Shown in pieces: positions 63,615 through 64,000 of a DNA stretch of 64,000 nt. The translations under genes were made by a program, and so were the position numbers. Within the stretch, counting starts at the first letter, position 1. The number at the start of each line of letters is the position of its first letter. The notes beneath the pieces were generated by a model that saw only the letters and a program-made list of their open reading frames with translations, was not told where the DNA came from and searched no databases. Where the stretch lies: positions 141,011 through 205,010 of the IMG/VR virus record IMGVR_UViG_3300042317_001568; one strand, written 5' to 3'.

Positions 63615-64000
63615 TGGCGCGTCTGGACCATCTTCTGGTTTGCTCACGAAGGGCAGCGCTTTGTTTTTGACAAACTGCCGCGACAAAAAACCTATTTTCG
63701 GCCCCAAGGACGATCCTTGCAGTAAAACAGTCAACGAAGATTGTTGCGGCTGCGGCAAGAACCAGTGCGAGTGCGCGAACCCCACGTGCATGTTTAGTTA
63801 TCCGGGAAACTCCTACACCGAGTGGGAAGACACCGAAACTTATCAGCAGCTATTTCTGTGCGATGCTGAGAACACCAGCGGCTACGGCATGACGGTTTTT
63901 TCTGGCGGCGTTAACAGCTGGTGGGGCTACTACGGCGGCTGGTGGGGCGGCTACGGATGGAACTGGTGGTGGGGCGGCGGATATTGGGGCGGCTGGGGTT
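63604..64000 (+). CDS. Cys-rich then Trp/Gly/Tyr-rich protein, truncated by the window end
   Basis: open from ATG 63604 to the end: ...CCGCGKNQCECANPTC...WWGYYGGWWGGYGWNWWWGGGYWGGWG. Confidence 0.65.
   Translation, partial: MAASGASGPSSGLLTKGSALFLTNCRDKKPIFGPKDDPCSKTVNEDCCGCGKNQCECANPTCMFSYPGNSYTEWEDTETYQQLFLCDAENTSGYGMTVFSGGVNSWWGYYGGWWGGYGWNWWWGGGYWGGWG

Overview
A 64-kb, almost entirely plus-strand fragment of a large tailed dsDNA phage genome; no terminase or major capsid gene is recognisable in the window. The layout has four parts. (i) 1-10.8 kb is an accessory region: SEC-C protein, HTH fused to a deoxyhypusine-synthase-like domain, DEDDh exonuclease, tRNA-Gln with a 25-bp att-like duplication around one gene, an unusual ~142-nt tRNA-like RNA, MazG-like protein, and an array of five integron attC-like hairpins separating tiny genes. 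Four of the five hairpins have canonical attC geometry on the minus strand, i.e. inverted relative to the ORFs, and no integrase is present in the window. (ii) 10.8-35.7 kb is a replication/recombination module: Mre11/Rad50 (SbcD/SbcC), an IS110/Nop-like protein, a RAMP-like protein, SF2 helicase, DnaB-like helicase, primase, UDG-like domain fused to PolA, RecA and RuvC. (iii) 35.8-42.7 kb holds a probable portal, GT-B glycosyltransferase, HD protein and dTMP kinase. (iv) 42.7-64 kb encodes collagen-like, fibre and LamG virion-decoration proteins, with sulfotransferase-like and glycosyltransferase-like genes among them. All family calls come from motifs read by eye; no database search was run.
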